From assembly GCA_027314765.1 (NCBI GenBank), contig DAHVAF010000003.1:1-50219 (forward strand): 50,219 nt of DNA, in the 5' to 3' direction. This document shows positions 17,909 to 27,615 of the stretch, piece by piece; position 1 is the stretch's first letter, and the number at the start of each line of letters is the position of its first letter. The notes below the pieces were generated by a model. The model had not been told where the DNA came from. It ran no database searches and worked only from the letters and a program-made list of their open reading frames with translations. A program made the position numbers and the translations under genes. Source of the DNA: Clostridia bacterium. GTDB taxonomy: Bacteria; Bacillota; Sulfobacillia; RBS10-35; JAJYVM01.

Positions 17909-18846
17909 TGGAAGGCCCTCCGCTCAAGCCCGATCAGGGAGAGGCCCGAGAGGGTGGACAGGCTCCCCATCAGCAACGCCGAGAGGGCGGCCGCCGGCCC
18001 CCAGGAGAAGTAGTTGAAGCCCAGCTGGTAGAGGTAGAACATCACGAGGGTCGTGCCGTTGTTCGGCCCGCCCTGGGTCATCACGTACACCGGGTCGATC
18101 GTCTCCACCGAATAGAGCAGGGCCATCGTCGTCACAAAGGCCATCATGGGGGCCAGCATGGGCAGCACGACGCGCCGGAACGCGTACCAGCCCGTGGGGT
18201 CCTCCGTGCGGAGCGCCTCGCGCACGCTCTGGGGAATGGCCTGCAGCCCGGCCATGATGAACAGGGCGAAATACGGCGCGAACTTCCAGACAAAGAGGGC
18301 GACCAGCACGCCGAGGGCGCTGCCGGGCTCGCCCAGCAGGTTCGTGCCGTGCAGGCCGAGCGCGCTGAGCAGCTGGCCGAAGAGGCCGATGCGCGGGGCC
18401 AGGAAGTAGAGCCAGATGTTGGCGGCGGCGATCATCGGCATGACCGTGGGCGAGAAGATGGAGACCAGCAGCGGGCGGGAGGCGCCCGCCCGTGACGACA
18501 GCAGCTGGGCCAGCACGAATGCCACCGCGACGCAGAGCACGACCGCGGCGACCGCGTAGGTGAGCGTATTCTGCAGCGAGATGATGAAGACCGGCTGGGC
18601 GAAGAGCGACCGGTAATTCAGAAGGCCCGCGAACCCCGTGACCTGGCCGCGGGGGCCGAGCTGATCGAAGCTCTTCACGGCCGTCTCCACGATGGGGATG
18701 GCCACAAAGGCGATGACGAGCGCGGCCGGCAGCGCCATCACGGCGTACGGGCCGACGCTGGCCAGGCGCCGCGGAGCCCGGGGGGCCGGCACGGCCGGCT
18801 CCCCGGGCAGGGACTTCCGCTCTGGCGCCGCGGCGGTCCTGGACAT
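17899..18846 (-). CDS. Carbohydrate (CUT1) ABC transporter permease
   Basis: AGLQAIP, LPML.P, VYVMTQGGPNN.T; multiple TM helices. Confidence 0.9.
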   Translation of the reverse strand: MSRTAAAPERKSLPGEPAVPAPRAPRRLASVGPYAVMALPAALVIAFVAIPIVETAVKSFDQLGPRGQVTGFAGLLNYRSLFAQPVFIISLQNTLTYAVAAVVLCVAVAFVLAQLLSSRAGASRPLLVSIFSPTVMPMIAAANIWLYFLAPRIGLFGQLLSALGLHGTNLLGEPGSALGVLVALFVWKFAPYFALFIMAGLQAIPQSVREALRTEDPTGWYAFRRVVLPMLAPMMAFVTTMALLYSVETIDPVYVMTQGGPNNGTTLVMFYLYQLGFNYFSWGPAAALSALLMGSLSTLSGLSLIGLERRAFHWQ

Positions 18847-18849
18847 CGG

Positions 18850-20199
18850 CTACTGCGTCTTGTACGGGGCCAGGATCGACTGCGCCTGCTGCTGGGCCTT
18901 GTCGAGGGCGGCCTTGATCGTCGACTGCCCGTCCAGCACCGACTGCACCGCGCTGTCGAAGGTGTCCTGGATCTGGTTCAGCTGATAGGTCGAGAGCTCC
19001 GGCTCCGCGTACTGCAGCTGCGCCGGCGCCACCAGCGCCTGCGGGTACTTCTTCGTGTAGGCGACCATGGCCGGCACCTGGTAGTCCGCGGGCGAGACGG
19101 CGACGTAGCCGGTCTGCATGCTCCAGCTGGCCGCCTGGTCCGGGGCCGTCATCCACTTGATGAAGGTGATGGCCGCCTGCTGCACGGCGGGGGAGATGCC
19201 CTTCATGAGGTAGAAGTCGCCGCCGCCCAGGTTGGTGACGTCCGTGGCCGTGCCCTTGGGCATGAAGGCGACCCCGACCTGGAACTTCGAGTTCTGCAGG
19301 ATCGAGGCGAGGCTGCCGCTGCTGTGGACGATCATGGCCGTCTTGCCGGCCTCGAAGTCGTTCGGGACCGTGTTCCAGGGCAGGATGCCGACCGGCTCCA
19401 CCTTGTACTTGTGCGAGAGGTCCATCCAGAACTGCAGGCCCGCCTGGACGGCCGGCGAGTTGAAGTAGGTGGTGGTGCCGTTGCTGCCGGCAAGGTTGCT
19501 GCCCTGGTCAATCGCGAAGGGCTGGAACTCCCAGTAGACGGTTCCGTCCGAGGGGATCTCGATGCCGGTCACGCCCGTCTTCTGCTGGATGGCCTGGGCG
19601 TCGGAGACCAGCTGGCTGAGGGTCGCCGGCCCGTGGCTCGGGTCCAGCCCCGCCTTCTGGAACAGGTCCTTGTTGTAATAGAGGACGACGGTGGAGCGCT
19701 GGAAGGGCGCGCTCCAGTAGTGGCCCTGCACCTCGGGCTTCAGCATCGCCGGGTAGAAGTTGCCCGCCTGCACGATGCTGTCGAGCGGCTGGATCGCCTG
19801 CAGATGGAGCAGGTCGAACACGGCGGTGTGGTTGAGCACCGCCACCGGCGGCGGGTTGCCGGCCTGGATGCCCGTCTCGACCTTGGCCAGCGTCTGCTGG
19901 TAGCTGCCGGCGAACACCGGTGTGACCTTGATGCCGGGGTGGGTGCTGTTGAACTGGTTGACGAGGTTCGTCATGATCGTCGCCAGGGGGCCCGAGACAC
20001 CGACCGGATAGTCGAAGTCGAAGGCCACGGGCTGCGACGACGGCTGCGCGCTGCTGCTGGTGCCGGAACCGGAGCCGCTGCCGGCGCTGGAGCTCGCGCT
20101 GCCCGTCGACGCGGGCGCCGCGGCACCGCCGCAGCCGGCGACCAGGAGCGCCAGCGCGCCGACGGCGGCCAGTACGGAGCGCATCCCAATGGGCCGCAA
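18850..20199 (-). CDS. ABC substrate-binding lipoprotein (UgpB-like family 1)
   Basis: VAGC lipobox, Ser/Gly tether, PFQRSTVVLYYNKD, LGGGDFY, TGYV. Start is TTG at 20199 (GGGGAGGGG RBS) or ATG at 20184. Confidence 0.88.
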   Translation of the reverse strand: MRPIGMRSVLAAVGALALLVAGCGGAAAPASTGSASSSAGSGSGSGTSSSAQPSSQPVAFDFDYPVGVSGPLATIMTNLVNQFNSTHPGIKVTPVFAGSYQQTLAKVETGIQAGNPPPVAVLNHTAVFDLLHLQAIQPLDSIVQAGNFYPAMLKPEVQGHYWSAPFQRSTVVLYYNKDLFQKAGLDPSHGPATLSQLVSDAQAIQQKTGVTGIEIPSDGTVYWEFQPFAIDQGSNLAGSNGTTTYFNSPAVQAGLQFWMDLSHKYKVEPVGILPWNTVPNDFEAGKTAMIVHSSGSLASILQNSKFQVGVAFMPKGTATDVTNLGGGDFYLMKGISPAVQQAAITFIKWMTAPDQAASWSMQTGYVAVSPADYQVPAMVAYTKKYPQALVAPAQLQYAEPELSTYQLNQIQDTFDSAVQSVLDGQSTIKAALDKAQQQAQSILAPYKTQ

Positions 20200-20227
20200 G
20201 GCCGATCCCCTCCCCTGATGATCCGTT

Positions 20228-21352
<1,125 letters not shown>

Positions 21353-21372
21353 GAAACGCCCCCCACGCGGGC

Positions 21373-21396
21373 TGCATACGGTTGCGCAACAGTTTC
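21373..21396. promoter_or_regulatory. Candidate LacI-type operator upstream of the ABC ATPase operon
   Basis: TGCATACGGTTGCGCAACAGTTTC, nearly identical to the 10092 site. Confidence 0.6.
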
Positions 21397-21425
21397 GACG
21401 GGGGGTGGGGCGATCCTCCAGCGGG

Positions 21426-21456
21426 CGGTGAAGGAACGGTGAAGGCTCGGTTAGGG
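21426..21456 (-). promoter_or_regulatory. Three direct repeats with an 11-bp period (Pho-box-like)
   Basis: Minus strand CCCTAACCG-AG-CCTTCACCG-TT-CCTTCACCG. Confidence 0.45.
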
Positions 21457-23061
21457 CTTGGCCCCGCCCTGGATCCAGTTCTTGACCGTCTGGATGTCGG
21501 TGGCGGGAAGCGGCTGCTGGCCCAGGGGCATGGGCGGGACGCCGTTCGGCGCGCGGCCCTCCAGGGCCTGCACCAGCAGGCTGCCGGCCGGGTCGCCGGG
21601 CTTGATGACGGCCCCGCTCCGACCGCCCTTCATGACCCCCGCGTAGCTGGTCAGGCTGAGGCCGCCGCTCGGCGCCGCCGCCCCGTGGCAGGTGGTGCAG
21701 TTGGCGCTGAAGATCGGCGCGATGTCGGCGGCGAACGTGGGGTTTTTGACCACGGTCGCGGTGCCGGACACGCCCCGGCTGCCGCGCCAGCCCATGTAGG
21801 TCAGGCCGACCGCGGCGATCACCACCAGGGTCGCCGCGCCGATGGCGAAGGGCCGGCGCCGCGCCGCGCGGGCGGGGCCGCGGTCGGCGAACGGCAGCCC
21901 GATCAGCACCACGGCGGCGAGCAGCGGCAGCCCGACCATGCCGAGGCCATCCAGCCGCCCGGGCAGGAACTTCAGGAACTGGTACACGCCGTAGAAGTAC
22001 CAGGCGGGCACGGGGCGGTAGTGGGCGCGGTTCAGGGGGTCGGCGGCGGCCAGCAGCGGCACGCGCACGAAGATGGCCAAGGCCCCGAGGATCGCCACGA
22101 CCACGGCGACGGCCACCGTCATCTGGGCCGGGGTGTAGGGCCAGAACGGGCGGTAGGGGCCGTGCGGGAAGTCGGCCGTGTCGCCCTTGCGGTGGGCCGC
22201 GCGGTAGCCCTTGGGCAGGCGGGTCTCGACCTCGGTCTGGCCGTGGGTCAGCACCAGGGCGAAGTGGGCGGCGAAGATCAGCAGCAGCAGGCCGGGCAGC
22301 ACCAGCACGTGCAGGGCGTAAAAGCGCGTCAGGGTGGCGCCGGTGATGTCGGTGCCGCCGCGCAGCAGGTGCAGGATTCCCCCGCCCACGACCGGTGCGT
22401 AGGCGGCCATGGCCGTGCCGACGACCGTCGCCCAGTACGCCTGCTGGTCCCACGGCAGCAGGTAGCCCGTGAACGCGAAGCCGATGGTGACGCTGAGCAG
22501 CAGCGTGCCGGTCACCCACGTGAATTCGCGCGGCGCCTTATAGGCGCCGATGAAGAACACGCGCAGCAGGTGCAGGACGGCCAGGATGATCAGGGCGTCG
22601 GCGCCCCAGGCATGCAGGCCGCGCAGCAGGGCCCCCGAGGGTGAGGCCATGATGGCCCGCACACTGGGGTACGCCTGGGTCACGGTCGGGCTGTAGGCGG
22701 TGGCGAGCAGCATGCCCGTTACAATCTGGCTGGCGAAGACGAAGGCCGTGAGAAAGCCCAGGTAGTCGAGGGGGCTCGTGCGCATCGGGACCGGGTGGTG
22801 GAGGAACTCGCGCGCGTCGTCTCCGAGGCCGAGGCGCTCGGCGAGGTAGCCGACGCGCGGCCGCGCCGGGGGCCTTCCGCCGTGGACGCCATCTCCGCCT
22901 GGGGCGCGCAGGGGCAGCGGGCGCTCGGGGACGGCGATCGAGGTGGAACCGTTGGCGGCGCCGCGGGCGGGTGGCCGGGCGTGGCCGTCCCTCCCGGCCG
23001 TCGCGCCGCTACCTGGCCGCTCCGAGGGCGCGCGCGAGCCGCGCGCCCCACGATCGCTCAT
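21451..23061 (-). CDS. Cytochrome b (b6-like N-domain + subunit IV) fused to a C-terminal monoheme cytochrome c
   Basis: Heme-b His pairs LHAWGA...LH and LHVLVLP...AH; GAYKAPREFTW, TGYLLPWDQ, PAWYF; C-terminal CTTCH...PPMP...WIQGGA. ATG start at 23061 is inferred. Confidence 0.9.
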   Translation of the reverse strand: MSDRGARGSRAPSERPGSGATAGRDGHARPPARGAANGSTSIAVPERPLPLRAPGGDGVHGGRPPARPRVGYLAERLGLGDDAREFLHHPVPMRTSPLDYLGFLTAFVFASQIVTGMLLATAYSPTVTQAYPSVRAIMASPSGALLRGLHAWGADALIILAVLHLLRVFFIGAYKAPREFTWVTGTLLLSVTIGFAFTGYLLPWDQQAYWATVVGTAMAAYAPVVGGGILHLLRGGTDITGATLTRFYALHVLVLPGLLLLIFAAHFALVLTHGQTEVETRLPKGYRAAHRKGDTADFPHGPYRPFWPYTPAQMTVAVAVVVAILGALAIFVRVPLLAAADPLNRAHYRPVPAWYFYGVYQFLKFLPGRLDGLGMVGLPLLAAVVLIGLPFADRGPARAARRRPFAIGAATLVVIAAVGLTYMGWRGSRGVSGTATVVKNPTFAADIAPIFSANCTTCHGAAAPSGGLSLTSYAGVMKGGRSGAVIKPGDPAGSLLVQALEGRAPNGVPPMPLGQQPLPATDIQTVKNWIQGGAKP

Positions 23062-23072
23062 TCCGTCCTTGC

Positions 23073-23555
23073 TCACGAGACGATGCCGCCGATCCGCACG
23101 CGGCCGTTCTGGATGACCAGGCGGTGGCGGTGCAGCGGGCGCGGGGCCGGGCCGCCCAGCACGCGGCCGTCCTCGGCGAAGGTGGAACCGTGGCAGGGGC
23201 AGGCGAACTCCGTGCCGGCCCACTGGATCGGGCACTGCAGGTGCGTGCAGTGGAAGTCGAAGGCGACAAGGCCCGTGGGCAGCGGGGCGATGTACACGCC
23301 GTCCTCCACGCCGCCGCCCGTGTACGTGACCAGCTTCGGTGGCGAGCCGGACGGGAAGTCCGTGACGGCGCCGACGTCCTGCAGCGGCTCGGCGGCGGAT
23401 GGCCGCGGCGTGAGAAACAGCGAGGCGACCGCCGCGTAGCCGGCGAGCATCACGGCCCAGATGCCGGCCGCCATCCAGAGCAGGAAGCGGCGCCGGGTTG
23501 GCACGGGCGGCGGAGACCTCCCGCGGGAGAGTATTCCGCGCGCGGGGGTCCGCAA
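23073..23555 (-). CDS. Rieske 2Fe-2S subunit of a quinol:cytochrome c oxidoreductase
   Basis: Tat motif TRRRFL plus TM helix; CTHLQC and CPCHGS boxes; GPAPRPL. Confidence 0.93.
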   Translation of the reverse strand: MRTPARGILSRGRSPPPVPTRRRFLLWMAAGIWAVMLAGYAAVASLFLTPRPSAAEPLQDVGAVTDFPSGSPPKLVTYTGGGVEDGVYIAPLPTGLVAFDFHCTHLQCPIQWAGTEFACPCHGSTFAEDGRVLGGPAPRPLHRHRLVIQNGRVRIGGIVS

Positions 23556-24053
23556 TCAGATCTGGACGGTCTCGGTGCCCCGGCCGCGGCGCTGGCGCCG
23601 GGGCGTGGTGGCGGGCGGGACGCTCGGCGCGGGCGCGTAGCCCCCGTCGATGGGCACAAACAGCCCCATGATGCCGATGACCATCATCGTGCCGGAGCGT
23701 AGCCGCGTCTGGAACACGGTGCAGACGCCGTAGCTCTCGGCGACGGTGGCGCGCTCGACGGCCACGTAGGCGGCCTCGCGCACGGGGACGAAGCTGGCGG
23801 CGGGGACAAGCCGCGGCGCCGCCCACGCGATGTAGGCGGCGGGCGAGGGGTTGGTGGCGGCCAGCAGCAGGATGAGGGCGATGATCAGCAGGGGCAGCGC
23901 GGACCCGCGGAGGCGGCTGGCGGAAGGCGGGGCGGCGGGCGGGACCTCGGACGGCGGTGGGAAGCCGCCGGCCGGCAGGGGGCGGCCACAGCGGCGGCAG
24001 AAGCGGTCGCCCGCCTGGGCCGGGGCGCCGCACGCCGGGCAGTCCACCACCAT
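23556..24053 (-). CDS. Zinc-ribbon + TM + DUF4359-like protein
   Basis: CPACG...RFCRRCG, TM helix, TNPS..AY..W, GI.G.FVP. Confidence 0.7.
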   Translation of the reverse strand: MVVDCPACGAPAQAGDRFCRRCGRPLPAGGFPPPSEVPPAAPPSASRLRGSALPLLIIALILLLAATNPSPAAYIAWAAPRLVPAASFVPVREAAYVAVERATVAESYGVCTVFQTRLRSGTMMVIGIMGLFVPIDGGYAPAPSVPPATTPRRQRRGRGTETVQI

Positions 24054-24116
24054 GCCTCCCTCGCCTGGCCAACGGGGCGCCGTGGATCCAGGATACGCGG
24101 CTGTGGCCGGCCGCGC

Positions 24117-24527
24117 TCAGCGGACGGGGCTGGTCCCGAGCGGGATGAACCGGTCCAGGATGCCGAGCGTGTCCACGCGCACGCCGCGCACCCTCGTATC
24201 GAAGATCGTGAAGAACAGGTCGTCCTTTGCGATGGTGCCGCGGGCGATGGCGGCGGCGAGGTTGGGCTGGGGGCCCTCCGCCCGCGGGCCGAGCGCGCCG
24301 GCCGCCACCTGGCTGGCGAGCCACCCTGCGTAGGCCTGCGTCGAGGGGTTGGTGACGATGAGCGCGGCCGCGACGATGGCCAGCGGCACCCAGGTCCAGA
24401 GGATGGGCCGCCAGCCCCGGCGGGCGGGGTCGCCCAGCGCCACTTCCGGCAGATGGGCGCCGCACTGCGGGCAGAAGCGGTCGTCGGCGCTCACGGGCTC
24501 CCCACAGCGGCTGCACACGCGTTCCAT
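24117..24527 (-). CDS. Zinc-ribbon + TM + DUF4359-like protein (paralogue)
   Basis: CSRCG...RFCPQCG, TM helix, TNPS..AY..WL, FFTIF.T, LGILDRFIP. It is the 3' part of track ORF 24117..26765. Confidence 0.7.
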   Translation of the reverse strand: MERVCSRCGEPVSADDRFCPQCGAHLPEVALGDPARRGWRPILWTWVPLAIVAAALIVTNPSTQAYAGWLASQVAAGALGPRAEGPQPNLAAAIARGTIAKDDLFFTIFDTRVRGVRVDTLGILDRFIPLGTSPVR

Positions 24528-24740
24528 GCGCTGACAGAGATATGACGCGGGGAGGCCGCGAACCTGCCGCCGCGCAGGCGGCCATGGCGCCCGCGACGGT
24601 AGGGACCACGTACGGCGTGGGAGAGAGACGCGAGGTCGGGCCGGACCCCGCCGAGCCGGCGCGAAGCCTTGGGTCCGCGCCAGTCGTCTGCCCGGCCCCG
24701 CACAAGGGCCCGCGGACCCGCGTCGCGAACCCCTGCGGCT

Positions 24741-25517
24741 GTGACGACACTCGTCGCCTGCGATCTCGACGGCACCCTGCTCGACGACGCGCGGCGGATC
24801 CCCGCGGCCAACCGGGCCGCCATCGCCGCCGCGCGGGCGCGGGGGCTGCGCTTTGTGATCTGCACCGGCCGGCCGCCACGGGCGGCGGGGGTATACTGGC
24901 GCGAGCTCGGGCTGACCGAGCCCGTCGTGGCGTACAACGGCGCCGTGATCTGGGACATGGCGGCCGGGGCCGCATCCTGGGAGGCGCCCATCGCGCCCGC
25001 GCTCCTGGCGGAGGCGATCGACCTGGCGCGGGCCTGCGTGCCGGCGGCCGTCCTGTCCGTCGAGGCCATGGACCACTGGTGGACCGACCGGATCGTGGCG
25101 CGGCGTCCCGACTCCGGGTTCACCTCGCCACCGGACGGCGAAGGCCCCGTCGAGACGCTGGCGGCCGGCCGCCGGGCCCACAAGCTGCTCTTTCGCGTCA
25201 GCGATCCCACCGAGTGGGCGCGGTTCGCCGCCGCCCTGCCGGGCGCGCTGCAGGCCACCTGCAACCGCGCCGGGCTCGTGGAGGTGCAGTCGGCCCTGGC
25301 GGGCAAGGCCGCCGCCATCAGCCGCCTGGCGCCCGCCGCCGACGTGCTGGCGCTCGGCGATGACACGAACGACCTCGACCTGCTGCGCTGGGCGGGCGAC
25401 TCGGCGGCGCCGCGCAGCGCGACGGATGCGGCCCGGGCGGCGGCCCGGCGGGTCGTGGCCGACCACAACGCCGGCGCCGTGGCGGACGCGCTGCGACACC
25501 TCGGGCTCGCCGGCTGA
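24741..25517 (+). CDS. Cof-type HAD hydrolase (subfamily IIB)
   Basis: ACDLDGTLL, CTGR, YNGA, K, LGDDTNDLDLL. Confidence 0.9.
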   Translation: MTTLVACDLDGTLLDDARRIPAANRAAIAAARARGLRFVICTGRPPRAAGVYWRELGLTEPVVAYNGAVIWDMAAGAASWEAPIAPALLAEAIDLARACVPAAVLSVEAMDHWWTDRIVARRPDSGFTSPPDGEGPVETLAAGRRAHKLLFRVSDPTEWARFAAALPGALQATCNRAGLVEVQSALAGKAAAISRLAPAADVLALGDDTNDLDLLRWAGDSAAPRSATDAARAAARRVVADHNAGAVADALRHLGLAG

Positions 25518-25742
25518 GGGAGCCGGCGGCCGAGCCCCGGGCGCCGCCCGGAGGCCTGTCCCTTCGCGCGGACGCACCGCCTCCCCCGCGCGCGGTCCGA
25601 ATGGGCGCCGCTCCAAGCACCTCCGGCCGTGGGCGCCCCCGCCGGCGCACGCCATGAGGGGCTCGGCGACCCGGTGAGTCGGAAGCCGAGCCCGCAGCGG
25701 GCCGCGCGCGCGGACGGGGCGGGGGAAAGCGGGGATCCGGCC

Positions 25743-26915
25743 ATGCAAGCCCGAGACATCATGACCCGCGACGTCCTGACGATCGCCGCGGACGCGACCC
25801 TGGGCGAAGCGGCCGCCCGGATGGCCGACCGCCGCATGGGCTGCCTGCCGGTGGTGGAGGGCGGGCGCCTGGTCGGCGTGGTCACGGAGACGGACATCGT
25901 CCGCTGCATCGAGCGCGAGCTGCCGCAGTCCGCGGCCGTCCATCCCCTGGGCTCGCGCATCCTCTGGTCGGCGAGCACCGACTACCTCGACGTGGTGGGC
26001 CAGCTGAGCGTCAGCCAGGCCATGACCCGCGAGGTGGTCAGCGTCCACCCGGCCGACACCGTGGAGCGCGTGGCCGAGGTCCTGGCCCGCCGCCGCATCA
26101 AGCGCGTCCCGGTCGTGATCTGGGACGCCGTCGTCGGCATCGTCAGCCAGATGGACCTGGTCCGCCTGCTGGCGGCCGACGATACGCTGAGCAGCCGCCC
26201 GGCCGAGTGGCTCGGCTGGCTCCTGATCCCCGCGACCGGCTTTCTGCCCCACGCGGAGCACCTGCTCGCGGCGGCCGACCTGACCCTGGACGTCGACCCG
26301 GCCCGCACACCTTTCGCGGACGCGCCGGCGGCATACGCCGACATGGTCGGTGCCCTCGAGGCGGCTGACGGGCTCACGGTCTGCCGCGTCCGCCTCACCG
26401 GCGAGCTGGTGGAGCGCGGCGGCCGCACGGCCGGCACCCGCTGGCAGTGCGTGTGGACCGCCGACGCCGCGCCGGCCGTGGTCGACTGGACGGCCGAGGC
26501 GGTCGAGCGGGCCCTGCTGCGCGAAGAGGAGCTCGGCGAGCGCATCGACGCCCGCGCCTGGGAGGCCGTGCGCACGGTGCGCCGGACGGCCGCCGGCGGC
26601 GGCGAGCCCGAGCGGATGATCCCGGCGCTGCGCGAGCTGGAGGCGGCCCGTCCGGCGGACCTGAGGCTGCCGGCCCACGTGGGCGGCGCCTTCGACGCGA
26701 TGCGGGAGGCCGCCGGCTCCATGCTGGCCGCGCGCGAGCCGGGCCGGAGCGCGATGGCCACCCACACGTGGCAGATGCAGGTCGTGCGCGCCGCGCTGGA
26801 CGCCTTCCGCAGGGCGAGCGCGGTGCTGCCGGCCACGGACCGGGCGCAGCTGCGCGCCCGCCTGAACGACGACGTGGCGGCGATGGAGCCGGCAGGAACG
26901 CCGGCGCGCAGGTGA
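25743..26915 (+). CDS. CBS-pair protein with an uncharacterised C-terminal domain
   Basis: ARDIMTRDV...LPVV...LVGVVTETDI and MTREVVSV...RVPVV...VGIVSQMDL. Confidence 0.8.
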   Translation: MQARDIMTRDVLTIAADATLGEAAARMADRRMGCLPVVEGGRLVGVVTETDIVRCIERELPQSAAVHPLGSRILWSASTDYLDVVGQLSVSQAMTREVVSVHPADTVERVAEVLARRRIKRVPVVIWDAVVGIVSQMDLVRLLAADDTLSSRPAEWLGWLLIPATGFLPHAEHLLAAADLTLDVDPARTPFADAPAAYADMVGALEAADGLTVCRVRLTGELVERGGRTAGTRWQCVWTADAAPAVVDWTAEAVERALLREEELGERIDARAWEAVRTVRRTAAGGGEPERMIPALRELEAARPADLRLPAHVGGAFDAMREAAGSMLAAREPGRSAMATHTWQMQVVRAALDAFRRASAVLPATDRAQLRARLNDDVAAMEPAGTPARR

Positions 26916-27021
26916 AGTGCAGGGGGCGGCCGCCGGCCGCCCCCATAATTACGGATGTAAGTATTGTTATGGCATGATAAAGGTTGGCACGCGCCCGCCG
27001 GACGCCCTGGCCCTCCGCGCC

Positions 27022-27357
27022 TTACGCCACCCCGCGGGCGCAGATGACATAGCCGCCGAGCCCGGCGCCCACCAGCGCGACGGCCTGCTGGGCGAACGTG
27101 AGCGGGAGGAGCAGCGCGACCAGGACCATGACGGCGGCAAGGCCCAGCAGCGGGGCGCGTCCGCGCGCCCGCCCGTGCCCCGGCAGGCCGAACGCCGAGC
27201 GGGCGCCGTAGCCCAGCAGGAGGCCTCCGCCCACCACCAGCAGGAGGTCGGCCACGTCGGCGGCCGTCGAGTGGACGGCGGCGTGGTCGGCCATCGGGGT
27301 CAGAGCCACCGCCAGCAGCACCACGCCGACCCAGAGGCGCGCCAGGCTCCGGTACAC
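27022..27357 (-). CDS. Small multi-pass membrane protein, unknown function
   Basis: GTG start after a GGGAGG RBS; about 4 hydrophobic segments. Confidence 0.6.
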   Translation of the reverse strand: MYRSLARLWVGVVLLAVALTPMADHAAVHSTAADVADLLLVVGGGLLLGYGARSAFGLPGHGRARGRAPLLGLAAVMVLVALLLPLTFAQQAVALVGAGLGGYVICARGVA

Positions 27358-27446
27358 CTGAGCGACCTCCCCTTGCTGTCACGCTAGCGCACCGCCGGGG
27401 GGAGGCTCTACGGCCACGCGGCCCAGTCCGCGTGGCCACCTGGCGC

Positions 27447-27593
27447 TCAGCTTTCGGGCTCGCCCTCCTGGGCAAGGGCCTGGCTCAGGCGCTCCACCTC
27501 GCGCGCCAGCCGCGCCTGGCGGCCGCGCAGCCCGGTGATGTACAGGAACAGGGCGGTCCAGATCACCGCGTAGGCGGCGAAGAGATAACCCAC
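27447..27593 (-). CDS. ccmD: CcmD-family heme exporter protein D (48 aa)
   Basis: Not in the ORF track. Reads MGYLFAAYAVIWTALFLYITGLRGRQARLAREVERLSQALAQEGEPES, directly downstream of ccmC. Confidence 0.85.
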   Translation of the reverse strand: MGYLFAAYAVIWTALFLYITGLRGRQARLAREVERLSQALAQEGEPES

Positions 27594-27615
27594 CGCGACG
27601 GCACCCCCCACGTGC

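Noticed and set aside
21451..24975. 1174-aa ORF as a giant cytochrome fusion
   Set aside because: The upstream roughly 640 codons are Arg/Pro/Gly-rich off-frame read-through of the Rieske and zinc-ribbon genes. The real gene starts near 23061.
26943..26972. dif (XerCD) site
   Set aside because: The ATAA and TTAT arms are 18 bp apart rather than 6 bp, and there is no XerD-arm match.
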